56,875 bases of DNA from an uncultured Gemmatimonadota bacterium (GCA_937961295.1 CALGOK010000144.1:1-56875); one strand, 5' to 3'; shown: positions 41,491 to 54,818, counted from the first letter of the stretch. Numbers and translations are program-made. Notes: generated by a model from the sequence alone, not told the origin.

Positions 41491-44241
41491 TTAATCCACC
41501 GTCCCGCCGATTCCCCGGTTGGCCAGCCGCTCGAAGCGCGAGTTGCCGTTGAGCGGTCGGAAGGTGGGATCGGTCTTCAGGTAGCCGGGCGTGACGTAGT
41601 ACTGTCGTCCCATCAACTCCTGGAGGGCATCGAGGGCCCGCTCGGTTTCGTTTGCGGCAATCAGCGTGCGGACATACTGGTGCAGCACGTAGTTCACGTT
41701 GTCGGGGCCGATCCCGGTGGTGTCCGCGATGGCGATCTCGGCCTCGCGGAGCGCCTCGGTCTTCTTCCCGGCCACCGCCAGTGAGGCGGCGTTGAGAATC
41801 CGGAGCTGGGCGTCGTCGGGCGCTGCCTCGATCTGCCGTCGCGCCACGGCGAGTGACGAATCAGCCCAGGCCGCAGCACGCGCCCGGTCTCCCTGCTGCC
41901 ACGCGGCGGTCGAGAGCGCCTGGCCCCACCACGCGCGGTCGTCATCGAACGACGCTGGAGTCAATCGGTACAGCAGCTGGCGCTGCTGGTCACTCAGCAG
42001 GAATGCCAGCTCATGGTACCCGGCGAAGTACGCCACGACCTCGGTCTCTGGCACGTCCTTGGTGAGCTCGGCGATCGCGCGCTTGGCACCGTCAAGGTCG
42101 TTGTTGGCGAGGTAGGCGGCGGCGATCCACTGCATCCCTGCGTAGCTCGTCGTGCCGAGAGCCTGCAACTCCTTGGCGGTGGCCAGTGCCTCGTCGTGCT
42201 GACCGGTGTACAACTGTGCGCGAATCAGTGATCCGAGATTCCGCTTGTCGAGCGGATCGATCTCGCGGGCCCGGGCGAGCTTCTCGAACATCGCCTGGAA
42301 CTTGCCGTCCTGCAGGTCATAGGAGGACATCGTCCGGAGTGCCCAAGTCGACTTGGGGTCGAGCCGGAAGGCCTCTTCCGCTGCGGATCGCGCCGCCTGC
42401 TGGTCACGCCCCACGGTGCCGTAGTAGTTGCTGGCGACCATGTGAGCGGCAGAGGAGTCAGGGCCCAGCGCCAGGGTGCGCTCCATCGCCTCCTGGGAGC
42501 GCCGCGCCACGGCGGGATCGCGCGTGCCGGAGAGCCAGAGGTCGGTCAGGGCGACGGAGAGGTGCCCCCACGCCTGGAAGAAGTTCGAGTCGAGGGCCAC
42601 CGCGCGTTCCATCAGCGTCGCCCTCTCGCGTGCCGCCACGGCGCCACCTGGGTTGATCGCCCGTCCCTTGAGATAGAGGTCGTAGGCCTCGGCGTTGTCG
42701 GTCGGCCGCCCCGCCAGGTCCTCCTGCTCGTTGCCGCCGAGCGCCGCGCCGAGTGCCCCGGCAACGCGAGTGGCAATCTGGCCCTGCACGGCAAACGGAT
42801 CCTTTACGTCGCCATCGAAGGTGTCGCGCCAGGTCACCTGTCCGGTCTGCCCATTGACCAACTCGGTGGTCACGCGGAACTGCTTGCTACCATCGGCGGC
42901 GGTGGCCCACCGCACGCGACCCATCAGCACCTGATCGACTCGAAGCTCCTTGGCGATGTCGGTGGGTGCCTTGGTGGTTCCGCGATACTGGTCGGAAGAG
43001 GCCGACGCGATCACGGTGAACCTGTCGAGCCGCGTCAGCCGGTCGCGCAGCTCCTCGACAATGCCGTCGGCGAAGTAGGCGTCCTCCTCGGCGCCCTGGT
43101 TCTCGAACGGCAGCACCGCGACGCTGCGCACCGTGGTGGCGGACCCCGAACCGCCGCCGAAGATCTTCATCGAGCCGGCGCCGAGGGCAAGGACGACGAG
43201 CGCAGCGACGGCGAGCTTCCACCAGGGGGTCGATCGCTGCTGGCTGATGGCCGATTGCCCACCGGCCATTGACGATCGACCATCGACCTCGGCTGCCGTG
43301 AGCGCATCGGCCAGCTCGTTCGCCGTGGCATACCGATCGGCCCGCGACTTGGCCAGTGCCTTGAGCACGGCGGTGTCCACTGCAGCGGGCAGGGCGCTGC
43401 GCGTCCTGGTGAGCGGTCTCGGATCCTCGGTGATGCTGCGCGAAATGATCGCCTGGGCCGTGGGCCCGGTGAACGGTGGCTCGCCGGCCAGCATCTCGTA
43501 GAGGACGCAGCCCAGTGCGTACACATCGGTGCGGCCGTCGAGGTCGGGATCGCCGCTCGACTGTTCGGGCGACATGTAGGCCGGAGTGCCGATGGCGAGG
43601 CCGGTCTTGGTGAGCGCCCCGGCGTCCTCGGTGGCGCGCGCGATGCCGAAGTCGGCCACCAAGGCGTGGCCGTCACTGATCAGGATGTTGGCGGGCTTGA
43701 TGTCGCGGTGGATGATGCCGCGCTTGTGGGCATAGGCGAGTGCCTCGGCGACCTCGCGCGCGAGGCGGAGCGCCTCGCCCACCGGCAGCTGCTTCTCGCG
43801 CTTGAGCCGTGCCGGCAGTGATTCACCCTCTACCAGCGGCATCACGTAGTACAGGACGCCGTCCTCGGAGCCGGAGTCGTGCACCGGCAGGATGTGCGGA
43901 TGCGACAGCTTGGCCGCGATCTCCACCTCGCGCAGGAACCGCTCGGCACCGAGCGTCTCGGCGAGCTCGGGACGCATCACCTTGACCGCCACCTTGCGGT
44001 GGTGCTTGAGGTCCTCTGCGAGGTACACGGTGGCCATGCCGCCCTCGCCGAGGACCCGCTCGATCTTGTAGTTACGGCTAAGCGCCTTGCGGACCCTGGA
44101 CACCTCGATCGCCCCGGTGGGCATGGTGCGCTCGGGCACCCCCGGTTCGGTGGGGGTGGGCGTGCCGCACTTGAGGCAGAAGAGTGCCTCGTCGGGGAGC
44201 GGCGTCTGGCAGTTGGCGCAGGAGCGGGGCGTGTCGGTCAC
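41491..44241 (-). CDS. Ser/Thr protein kinase with N-terminal zinc ribbon, TM segment and C-terminal TPR region
   Basis: The proposed GTG start at 44241 (VTDTPRSCANCQTPLPDEALFCLKCG) is conserved with the paralog. GEGGMATVYLAED, VAVKVM, IIHRDIKPANIL, DFGIA and GTPAYMSPEQ are kinase motifs. Confidence 0.9.
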   Translation of the reverse strand: MTDTPRSCANCQTPLPDEALFCLKCGTPTPTEPGVPERTMPTGAIEVSRVRKALSRNYKIERVLGEGGMATVYLAEDLKHHRKVAVKVMRPELAETLGAERFLREVEIAAKLSHPHILPVHDSGSEDGVLYYVMPLVEGESLPARLKREKQLPVGEALRLAREVAEALAYAHKRGIIHRDIKPANILISDGHALVADFGIARATEDAGALTKTGLAIGTPAYMSPEQSSGDPDLDGRTDVYALGCVLYEMLAGEPPFTGPTAQAIISRSITEDPRPLTRTRSALPAAVDTAVLKALAKSRADRYATANELADALTAAEVDGRSSMAGGQSAISQQRSTPWWKLAVAALVVLALGAGSMKIFGGGSGSATTVRSVAVLPFENQGAEEDAYFADGIVEELRDRLTRLDRFTVIASASSDQYRGTTKAPTDIAKELRVDQVLMGRVRWATAADGSKQFRVTTELVNGQTGQVTWRDTFDGDVKDPFAVQGQIATRVAGALGAALGGNEQEDLAGRPTDNAEAYDLYLKGRAINPGGAVAARERATLMERAVALDSNFFQAWGHLSVALTDLWLSGTRDPAVARRSQEAMERTLALGPDSSAAHMVASNYYGTVGRDQQAARSAAEEAFRLDPKSTWALRTMSSYDLQDGKFQAMFEKLARAREIDPLDKRNLGSLIRAQLYTGQHDEALATAKELQALGTTSYAGMQWIAAAYLANNDLDGAKRAIAELTKDVPETEVVAYFAGYHELAFLLSDQQRQLLYRLTPASFDDDRAWWGQALSTAAWQQGDRARAAAWADSSLAVARRQIEAAPDDAQLRILNAASLAVAGKKTEALREAEIAIADTTGIGPDNVNYVLHQYVRTLIAANETERALDALQELMGRQYYVTPGYLKTDPTFRPLNGNSRFERLANRGIGGTVD

Positions 44242-44338
44242 GGGGCTCCGGTTGTCGCGGGAATCCCTGAAGAAACGGCGGAATGGGGGAGGGCGCAACT
44301 CTCCGTCCCGCCCTCGGGCTTCAGCCCGAGTGGCGGGG

Positions 44339-47101
<2,763 letters not shown>

Positions 47102-47242
47102 ATGACTCCGGGCACTGGGCGTCGGGACCACCGGGAACGACCGCCATGAAATCAACGGGCGACCGGGAAAGGGCGCAACACCCTCTCCGGCAGGTCGCGC
47201 CGCCGGGCTCTGGGTACATTGTCAAGATCACGAACCCTGGAC

Positions 47243-48634
47243 ATGCCGATGTCCCGTTTGCTTCGCCTCCTCGCCGTCCTCCTCGCTCCATCGACCCTCG
47301 CTGCCCAGGCGCTCCCCCCCGCGGCGACCGTGCACCGACTTGCCGATTCGCTGGCCCGCGCGTTCGTGGCGGCGGAGAAGTCACCCAGCGTGGCGATTGG
47401 CATCGTCCGCGGGAGCGACACTGTCACCCTGGCCGCCTACGGAATGGCGGATCTTGAGAACGGAATCGCGGCCACGGCGCGCTCGGTCTACCGGATCGGG
47501 TCGGTGACCAAGCAGTTCACTGCAGCGATGATCATGCAGCTGGTCGAGGGCGACTCGCTGAACCTGGACGATCCGATCGGCGGCCATCTCGACAGCCTGC
47601 CGGCAGCGTGGCAGCCGGTCACCGTGCGGCAACTGCTGAACCACACCTCCGGGATCCCCAGCTACACCGCGCTGGGACCCGAGTGGATGAAGCGCTGGGG
47701 CGAGGAGATGACCCCCGAGGCGATCGTCGCGCTCACGGCGGACAAGCCGATGGACTTCTCGCCCGGCACCGATTGGCGATACGACAACACCGGCTACGTG
47801 CTCCTGGGCATGCTGATCGAGAAGGCCACCGGGCAGACGTGGGCGGCGGCACTGCAGACGCGACTCGCTGAGCCGCTTGGGCTCACCGACACACGCGAGT
47901 GCCTGACCACTCCGATCATTCCGCGACGCGTGCGCGGCTATGACCGGAACGCCGGTGCCTGGGTGAACACGCAGTATCTGGCGATGTCGCAGCCTTATGC
48001 CGCGGGGGCGATGTGCTCCACGGTGCACGACCTGGCGCGGTGGAACCGGGCGCTCCACTCCGGCAAGGTCGTCTCGGAGGAGTCGTACCGGCTGATGGTC
48101 ACGCCCGACCTGCCGTCCGGAGTGAACGGGCCAGGGTATGGCTTCGGATTGATGCAGGACATGGTGGCGGGTCGCACGATGATCAGCCACGGTGGTGGGA
48201 TCCACGGCTTCAACACCGCCAATGCCTGGGTGCCGAGCGCCGAGCTGTCGGTCTCGGTGCTGACCAACTCGGGGGGCGCTCCGGCACCCGAACTCCTCCA
48301 GCAGCTGGCACTGGTCGCACTCGGCCAGCCGCTGCCCACGCGTCCGCCGGTGGTTTCCCTGGCCGCGAACGAGCGCGATCGCTATGTGGGGGTGTTCACG
48401 CTGAACTTTCCCGGCGCGGGACAACGCACGTTCACCGTCGCGCTTGCCGATACCGGACTGAGCGGGACACTCGAGGGACAACAACCCGTGCCAATGCTCT
48501 ACTTCGGCAACGACACGTTCGGGGTGAACTTCGATCCCAGCGTGCGGCTGACCTTCACAGTACGCGACGGTCGCGCCATGTCGATGACACTCGAGCAACG
48601 CGGGCGCACGGTGTCGGGTGAACGCACGCAGTGA
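47243..48634 (+). CDS. Serine hydrolase, beta-lactamase/PBP (class C-like) family
   Basis: The signal is MPMSRLLRLLAVLLAPSTLAAQA. YRIGSVTKQFTA is the SxxK motif and YDNTGY is the YxN motif. Confidence 0.85.
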   Translation: MPMSRLLRLLAVLLAPSTLAAQALPPAATVHRLADSLARAFVAAEKSPSVAIGIVRGSDTVTLAAYGMADLENGIAATARSVYRIGSVTKQFTAAMIMQLVEGDSLNLDDPIGGHLDSLPAAWQPVTVRQLLNHTSGIPSYTALGPEWMKRWGEEMTPEAIVALTADKPMDFSPGTDWRYDNTGYVLLGMLIEKATGQTWAAALQTRLAEPLGLTDTRECLTTPIIPRRVRGYDRNAGAWVNTQYLAMSQPYAAGAMCSTVHDLARWNRALHSGKVVSEESYRLMVTPDLPSGVNGPGYGFGLMQDMVAGRTMISHGGGIHGFNTANAWVPSAELSVSVLTNSGGAPAPELLQQLALVALGQPLPTRPPVVSLAANERDRYVGVFTLNFPGAGQRTFTVALADTGLSGTLEGQQPVPMLYFGNDTFGVNFDPSVRLTFTVRDGRAMSMTLEQRGRTVSGERTQ

Positions 48635-48680
48635 CCCGTCGAGCCAAGGTTCCTCCCTCTCTCAGATGTGGGGTCGCAGC

Positions 48681-49901
48681 ATGATCCGTCCAGCGATGGC
48701 TGCCAGCGGTGCGGCGCTGCTCCTTCTCGCCTCGTGCGCTTCCGCCGACGAGACCGACACTGCGACGGATCGCCACGCCTACGTCTGGGCCGGCGCGATG
48801 GACTCCACCGGGCAGGACGCCCTGCTGGTGCTCGACGTCGACACCGCCTCGGCCAGCTACGGAGCCGTCATCGGACAGCTGATGGTCGATCGCCACGGAT
48901 CGATGCCGCACCACATCGAGCGACGCGTGCACGACGGCACCCTGTTCGCCAATGGCTGGCAGGGCAACACCACCTGGATCTTCGATGTCAGCGACCCGGC
49001 GGCGCCCGCCATCCGCGGCTCGTTCAGCAGGGCGGATGGCGTCGCGGGATGGACGCACGACTTCGCCCGCCTGCCCAACGGCAACATGCTGGTCGCCTTC
49101 AACGCCGGTCCCGGCGACTACTTCGGTGCCGGCGGCGTTGCCGAGGTGGATGCTCGGGGGACGATCCTGCGGGCGAGGAGCGCAGTCGTGCCCGGCATGG
49201 TGGACGACACGGCGGCGGCACCCTACGTGGTCCATCAGGTGGCGGGGCGACCGCGGGCGCTGGTCGGGCTCACCGAGATGGGGATGCCGGGGCAGACGGA
49301 GTACTACAACACCAGTGGCCTACAGCTGTGGAACACCGACTCGCTCCGCCCGGTGGCGTTGATTGCGCTGCCCTCGAACGGGATGGACGACGGTCATCTC
49401 TGGCCGTCGAGCATCGAGGTCATCGCGTCGGGTGCCGTGTACAGCAACACCTTCCGCTGCGGGCTCTACCGGATCTCCAACCTGGACGGCGACAGCCCGA
49501 GCGCGGAGCGGGTGTTCACCTTCCCCGGTGGTGACGACGACCACTTGTGCGGCGTGGGAATCACCATCGGCGACTTCTGGCTGCAGTCGGTGCCGATGCT
49601 GCCGGGGGTGATGGTGCTCGACCTCCGCGAACCCGCCAACGTGCGCGAGGCGTCGCGATTCGTGATGGACAGCGTCGCGCTGCCGAATGTCCACTGGCTT
49701 TCGCGCGACGCCTCGGGCACGCGGGTCGCGATCACCAGCGGCATGGGGCACTGGCTGGTGATGGCACGGTTCAACCCGGCCACCGGTACACTCGCGTTTG
49801 ATGAGCGGTTCGGCACGCGCGACGATGGCACGCCCGGTCGCCTGGTGACCGACCGCGAGGGCCGCGCGATGATGCCGCATGGCGTGGCGTGGGGGCCGTA
49901 G
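48681..49901 (+). CDS. Lipoprotein, beta-propeller-like; N-terminal pattern reminiscent of the selenium-binding protein (SBP56) family
   Basis: MIRPAMAASGAALLLLASCAS is a lipobox. YVWAGAMDSTGQDALLVLDVDTASASYGAVIGQLMVDRHGSMPHH resembles the SBP56 N-terminal signature. The assignment is tentative. Confidence 0.6.
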   Translation: MIRPAMAASGAALLLLASCASADETDTATDRHAYVWAGAMDSTGQDALLVLDVDTASASYGAVIGQLMVDRHGSMPHHIERRVHDGTLFANGWQGNTTWIFDVSDPAAPAIRGSFSRADGVAGWTHDFARLPNGNMLVAFNAGPGDYFGAGGVAEVDARGTILRARSAVVPGMVDDTAAAPYVVHQVAGRPRALVGLTEMGMPGQTEYYNTSGLQLWNTDSLRPVALIALPSNGMDDGHLWPSSIEVIASGAVYSNTFRCGLYRISNLDGDSPSAERVFTFPGGDDDHLCGVGITIGDFWLQSVPMLPGVMVLDLREPANVREASRFVMDSVALPNVHWLSRDASGTRVAITSGMGHWLVMARFNPATGTLAFDERFGTRDDGTPGRLVTDREGRAMMPHGVAWGP

Positions 49902-49982
49902 GGGGTGACAGATCGTGAGGAATGCCGTGGCCGACCCATGAGTCGGCCCTGCGCCTGATGCTCCCCGCGATATCATTCACCC

Positions 49983-52199
49983 ATGCCCGACCCCCGTACC
50001 CAGCTCGCGGCGGCGGTTGCCGATCGCTACGATATCCAGCGCGAAATCGGCGCCGGGGGGTCGGCGTGGGTCTATCTCGCCCGCGACCTTCGGCACGGCC
50101 GCGACGTGGCGATCAAGGTGCTCCGTCCCGCCCTCGCCGAGGCGCTGGGCATCCAGCGGTTCCTCAACGAGATCCGGATCACCGCCGGCCTGCAGCATCC
50201 CCACATCCTGACGCTGCTCGATTCAGGCGAGGCCGATGGCCTCCTCTTCTACGTGCTGCCGTACGTGGAGGGGGAGTCGCTCCGCGACCGCCTCGATCGC
50301 GAGGGTCAGCTCGAGGTGGCGGAGGCGCTCCGGCTGATCGAGCAGGTGGCCTCCGCGCTGGCATCGGCGCACCGTCGTGGCGTGCTGCACCGCGACATCA
50401 AGCCGGGGAACATCCTGCTGCAGGAGGGCGACGCGATGCTGGCTGACTTCGGCATCGCGCTCGCCACCGACCACGACCGGACCCGCATCACGGAGGTCGG
50501 CACGTGGCTCGGCACGCCGGAGTACATGTCGCTGGAGCAGGCGACCGCCGAGCGGGCGCTCGATGAGCGCTCGGATCTCTACTCACTCGCAGCGGTGCTG
50601 TACGAGATGCTCGCCGGTGAACCCCCCTACACCGCGCCGACGCCGCATGCGCTCATCGCCAAGCGGATGGTTGATCCGGTGCCGCGGATCCGCCGGGTGC
50701 GCCCGGCCGTTCCAGTCGCGGTGGAGGCGGCGCTGCTCAAGGCGCTCGCGCGCGATGCGGCGGACCGCCACCCCAGCGTGACCGCGTTCGTCGAGGCGCT
50801 GCGCGCTCCCGAGCCGTCGGTCCGGCAGCAGGAGACGGTCGCGGTGCTGCCGTTCCGGACCGTGGGTGGCGATGCGGACAACGACGTGTTTGCCGACGGC
50901 ATCACCGAGGACGTGATCGCGCACCTCGCCAAGCTGCAGGGGCTGCGCGTCATCTCGCGCGCCTCGGTGATGCGGTTCCGCGACCGCTCAGTGGGGCTTG
51001 CGGCGATCGCCGCGGAGCTGGATGCGACCACGGTGCTCGACGGCAGCGTGCGGCGATCGGGCGACCGGGTGCGCATCGTGACGCAACTCGTGGATCCGGT
51101 GACCGGCCGCGGACTGTGGTCGGAAACGTACGATCGACAACTCACCGACATCTTCGCGATCCAGTCGGAGGTGGCGGTCAGCATTGCGACGACTCTCCGG
51201 ACCACGCTCTCCCCGGCCGAGCACGGCCGGCTCCAGCGCGAGCCGACCAAGGATCTCACCGCCTACAGCTACTACGTCACCGGACGACACCTGCTGATCG
51301 AGTTCTCCAACGAGACGATGCGACGGGCGATCGAGAGCTTCGAGAAGGCGGTGGCGCGGGACCCGGACTATGCGGAGGCGCATGCCGGGATCGCCTACGC
51401 GTGGCTCGAGCTCGGCGAGACGGGTGCCGAGCCGCCGGAGATCGCCTACGGCCATGCCCGTTCCGCGGCGGAGCGGGCCCTGGAGCTCGACCCCGAGCTC
51501 GCGGCGGCGCACTGCTTCCTTGGCTACCTCCGCGTGGTGACGGCCTTCGATTGGGCCGGTGCCGAGGCGGGACTGCGGCGCGCGATCGAGCTGCAGCCCG
51601 GCTTCGCCGACGCCTACGACCTCTACGGCCGCCTTTGCGGCGCGATGCGCCGCTTCGACGAGGCGATTGCCAACTCCGAGCGGGCCCAACTGCTGGATCC
51701 GCTGGCGCACCGCAACGACCTGGCCACCCAGTACATGCGGGCCGGTCGCGACGAGGAGGCACTCGCCGTGATCAAGCGCTGGGCGGACACCGAGTTCGGC
51801 GGGCCGCGGACCTTCGCCACGCTCGGCTGGGCGCTCTGGCGGCTCGGTCGCCGTGAGGAGGGCCTGGCCGAGCTGGACCGCGCCGCGCGGGCGTCGGGAA
51901 ACCATCCCCAGTGGCTGGCCCAGCACGGCCAGATGCTGGCCATGAGCGGTGAAGCGGACCGGGCCAGGGCGATCCTCGAGGGACTCCGGGCCCGGAGCGC
52001 CACCGAGTTCGTCTCGCCGTATCACCTTGCGTATCTGCACACCGGGCTCGGCGAGCGCGACGAGGCGATCGCACTGCTCTCCGACGTGATCGACCAGCGA
52101 TCCGGCTCGGCCTACGGGATTGACGGCTCGTTCCTGTTCGCGTCACTGCGCGACCACCCGGGGTACGCGGAGCTTCGACGGAAGCTGAAGCTGGGGTGA
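49983..52199 (+). CDS. Ser/Thr protein kinase with C-terminal TPR region
   Basis: GAGGSAWVYLARD, VAIKVL, VLHRDIKPGNIL, DFGIA and GTPEYMSLEQ are kinase motifs, followed by TPR-like repeats. The TGA stop lies inside a GGGGTGACAG repeat terminus. Confidence 0.9.
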   Translation: MPDPRTQLAAAVADRYDIQREIGAGGSAWVYLARDLRHGRDVAIKVLRPALAEALGIQRFLNEIRITAGLQHPHILTLLDSGEADGLLFYVLPYVEGESLRDRLDREGQLEVAEALRLIEQVASALASAHRRGVLHRDIKPGNILLQEGDAMLADFGIALATDHDRTRITEVGTWLGTPEYMSLEQATAERALDERSDLYSLAAVLYEMLAGEPPYTAPTPHALIAKRMVDPVPRIRRVRPAVPVAVEAALLKALARDAADRHPSVTAFVEALRAPEPSVRQQETVAVLPFRTVGGDADNDVFADGITEDVIAHLAKLQGLRVISRASVMRFRDRSVGLAAIAAELDATTVLDGSVRRSGDRVRIVTQLVDPVTGRGLWSETYDRQLTDIFAIQSEVAVSIATTLRTTLSPAEHGRLQREPTKDLTAYSYYVTGRHLLIEFSNETMRRAIESFEKAVARDPDYAEAHAGIAYAWLELGETGAEPPEIAYGHARSAAERALELDPELAAAHCFLGYLRVVTAFDWAGAEAGLRRAIELQPGFADAYDLYGRLCGAMRRFDEAIANSERAQLLDPLAHRNDLATQYMRAGRDEEALAVIKRWADTEFGGPRTFATLGWALWRLGRREEGLAELDRAARASGNHPQWLAQHGQMLAMSGEADRARAILEGLRARSATEFVSPYHLAYLHTGLGERDEAIALLSDVIDQRSGSAYGIDGSFLFASLRDHPGYAELRRKLKLG

Positions 52200-52213
52200 C
52201 AGTTGCTCGCCGC

Positions 52214-53005
52214 TCAAGGCACCCTGACGCTCAGGCAGCTCGGCCCGCCGTCCATTTTGCGGAACTCCGACATCTCCAGCGTCACCACCTTGTGCCCCAT
52301 CGCCTTGATGCGCGCGGCGAGGCCAGGAGCGCCGCTGGGCATCAGGACGGTGTCGTTCACGCGAATGCAGTTGGCGCCGTAGAGCTCGTCCTCGGGGACC
52401 ACCAGCACCGTGAAATCAACCAGCGAAGGATCGGCGGCGATGGACGAGACGGCGACGATGTGCTTGTCGCCGAGGTAGCCCATGCCGCTCTTGAGGTGGA
52501 GCAACCCGCCCTCGCCGCGGATGTCGATGGTCGAGACGAGATACCCGTGCGGTGCCAGCCATGCCGCGAGCTGCTCCGCACCCGACGCATTGGTGCGGTT
52601 GGAGATCCCCACGAAGAAGTGGTCGCCGGCCTGGCACACGTCGCCGCCGTCGAGCGTGCCGGGTGGCTCGATGGTGGCCACCTCGCCGAACTGCTTCGTC
52701 AGCGCCCGACGCATTGCCTCGACTTCACCTTGGCGACTCGCTGCCCCCGGCCGGGTGATCATCGCACCGTGGCGCGTCACCACCGCGGTGTCCTCGACAA
52801 AGGTGGAGTCGGGGTGCGCGGGATCGGCGGGAAGCGAGGTGAGCTTCACGCCGCACTTCTCGAGCGCTCGGCAGTAGGCGGAGTGCTGCTCGCGGGCCAG
52901 GGCGTGATCGGGCAGCCCCAGACCGGACATGGTGAGTCCGTCGGCGAAGGTGGCCGCGGGCGGGCAGGTGATGGCGCGGGTGAAGCGGATGCCGTTGGAG
53001 GTCAT
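52214..53005 (-). CDS. Dimethylarginine dimethylaminohydrolase-like amidinotransferase (guanidino-group modifying enzyme fold)
   Basis: PDSTFVEDTAVV, LDGGDV, LLHLKSG and the C-terminal EFRKMDGGPSCLSVR (catalytic Cys) fit the DDAH family. Confidence 0.8.
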   Translation of the reverse strand: MTSNGIRFTRAITCPPAATFADGLTMSGLGLPDHALAREQHSAYCRALEKCGVKLTSLPADPAHPDSTFVEDTAVVTRHGAMITRPGAASRQGEVEAMRRALTKQFGEVATIEPPGTLDGGDVCQAGDHFFVGISNRTNASGAEQLAAWLAPHGYLVSTIDIRGEGGLLHLKSGMGYLGDKHIVAVSSIAADPSLVDFTVLVVPEDELYGANCIRVNDTVLMPSGAPGLAARIKAMGHKVVTLEMSEFRKMDGGPSCLSVRVP

Positions 53006-53036
53006 GGGGGGATGCTAGCCTGAGGGGATCGTGGTC

Positions 53037-53130
53037 GTCATCCCGACCGCGGGCGCGCAGCGCCCGAGTGGGCGGAGATCGGCGTTCTCATTCGGCAGGC
53101 TCCGCCCCCTCGCTTCGCTCGGGGTGACAG
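53037..53130. repeat. Hybrid repeat unit (GTCATCCCGA left terminus, CTCGGGGTGAC right terminus)
   Basis: GTCATCCCGACCGCGGGCGCGCAGCGCCC...GGCAGGCTCCGCCCCCTCGCTTCGCTCGGGGTGACAG. This unit links the two terminus variants. Confidence 0.8.
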
Positions 53131-53183
53131 TTGCTCGAGACGGGATCTCTCACCCTTCGCCCCTCGCGCCTCGCGTTGTCGCC

Positions 53184-54545
53184 TCATGCTCGGTTGCGGA
53201 CTCGTACGACCATCCAATAGACCGGCCAGCTCAACCCCAGCAGGATCAGCGACCGGAGCGAGTTGCTCCAGTCGGTCACGATCGCGCCACCGAGGAAGGC
53301 GATCGAGCCGAGGAGGGCGATGCCGGTGGTGAACGGGAACCCCGGCACTCGCCAGGGGCGCGGCGCGTCGGGTTCGGTGCGGCGGAGCACGAACACTGAG
53401 GTGAACGACAGCGTGTAATTGGCGACGAAGAAGAATGCCGCGATGGCGAGCACGGTGTTGAAGGTGCCGGAGAGGATGAAGCCGATCGCGATGCCGATCG
53501 AGATCCAGTGCGAGGCGATCGGTGTTCCTCCGGCGTTCACTGCAGTCATCCGCACGGGAAGCAGCCGATCCTCGCCCATCGCCAGCGGTATGCGGCTCAC
53601 CATCATGAGGAGCGCGTTGATGCCGCCGAGGATCGAGCCGAGCACCAGCAGGCGAAGGACGGGGTCGCCGTTGGGACCGAAGAGCGTCGAGGCCATGGTG
53701 GCGGCGACGAACGGGTCGCCGGCCATCCGCTCCACGCCCACCACGCGCACCATGGCGAGGTTGAGCAGCAGGTAGATGGTGAGCACCACCAAGAGCCCAC
53801 CGATCATGGCCCGCGGCATCGAGCGGCCGGCAGCGACGGTTTCGTCACCGAAGTAGAGTGGCCCGGTCCAGCCGTCGTAGGTGTAGATCACCGACTGCAG
53901 CGCGATGATGAACGCCGCGAAGAGCGCGGCGCCGGCGGGGAGGATGGCCGGGGTGCTGACGGCGCGGTCAGGCACCGCCAGCACGAGCGCCGCAACACCC
54001 AGCGCCGTGAACGCCAGCGCCTTGAAGGCGCTCAGCAATTGCTGGGCGGCATCACCGGTGCGGACCCCGTGCCACTGCAGCATCCCGAACATCAGCACCA
54101 CGCCGGTGGCGATGACGCGTTCTTCGCCCGCGAAGTCGGGGATCCACGGCGCCGCGTACTCGGCGAACACGAACGCCATCAGCGCCGCCGATGCCGCGGT
54201 GGAGAGCCAGTCGGTCCAGCCGACGATGAAACCCGGGTATGGCCCGAGTGCGCGGTAGACGATGGGGTACTGCGCTCCCGAGCGCCGGATCATCGCCCCC
54301 GGCTCGGCGAGCGACATCGCGCCGAGGATGGCGTAGAGGCCGCCGAGGAGCCAGGCGGTGAGGAAGAGTCCGGTGGAGGGGAGCTGGGTGGCGACGTCGC
54401 CGGGAGTGCGGAGGATGCCGACGCCGATCGTGTTGCCCACCAGGACGGCGATGCCGAACGCGACGCCGAGAACCTGGTGGAGCCTGCCGGAGCCGGTCAG
54501 TGAGTGCCTCGATGCATCACACCACCTGTTGAGGGGATTTTCCAC
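53184..54545 (-). CDS. APC-superfamily amino acid permease
   Basis: 453 aa with about 12 TM segments. The N-terminus LGVAFGIAVLVGNTIGVGILRTPG is typical of APC transporters. The start is GTG. Confidence 0.85.
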   Translation of the reverse strand: MENPLNRWCDASRHSLTGSGRLHQVLGVAFGIAVLVGNTIGVGILRTPGDVATQLPSTGLFLTAWLLGGLYAILGAMSLAEPGAMIRRSGAQYPIVYRALGPYPGFIVGWTDWLSTAASAALMAFVFAEYAAPWIPDFAGEERVIATGVVLMFGMLQWHGVRTGDAAQQLLSAFKALAFTALGVAALVLAVPDRAVSTPAILPAGAALFAAFIIALQSVIYTYDGWTGPLYFGDETVAAGRSMPRAMIGGLLVVLTIYLLLNLAMVRVVGVERMAGDPFVAATMASTLFGPNGDPVLRLLVLGSILGGINALLMMVSRIPLAMGEDRLLPVRMTAVNAGGTPIASHWISIGIAIGFILSGTFNTVLAIAAFFFVANYTLSFTSVFVLRRTEPDAPRPWRVPGFPFTTGIALLGSIAFLGGAIVTDWSNSLRSLILLGLSWPVYWMVVRVRNRA

Positions 54546-54607
54546 GATACGGCGGGATGGGGGGATGCGACAGGGTTGGGGGCGACAGGCGACAGGCGAC
54601 GGGCGTG

Positions 54608-54785
54608 GTCATCCCGAGCGGAGCGGCCCGCAGGGCCGCGGAGTTGTCCTCATCCTGAGCGGAGCGACCCGCAGGGTCGCGCAGTCGAAGGATCTGCGCT
54701 GACGGCCAAGAGGTCCCCTCGCTACGCTCGGGGCAGGCACTTCGACTCCGGCGGCGCTTCGCGCCGCCTTCGCTCAGGATGAGGC
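54608..54785. repeat. GTCATCC(C/T)GAGCG-variant repeats (one short plus one full unit)
   Basis: GTCATCCCGAGCGGAGCGGCCCGCAGGGCCGCGGAG, then CCTCATCCTGAGCGGAGCGACCCGCAGGGTCGC...GCCTTCGCTCAGGATGAGG. Confidence 0.8.
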
Positions 54786-54818
54786 CCTTCCTTCCCCTCT
54801 CCCCTCTCCTCGCCCCCC

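Noticed and set aside
44313-44330. 7-bp stem (CTCGGGC-TTCA-GCCCGAG) between the tandem kinase genes as a terminator
   Set aside because: The stem is short, has no U-tract on the transcribed strand, and is similar to repeat-terminus sequence. It is not convincing on its own.
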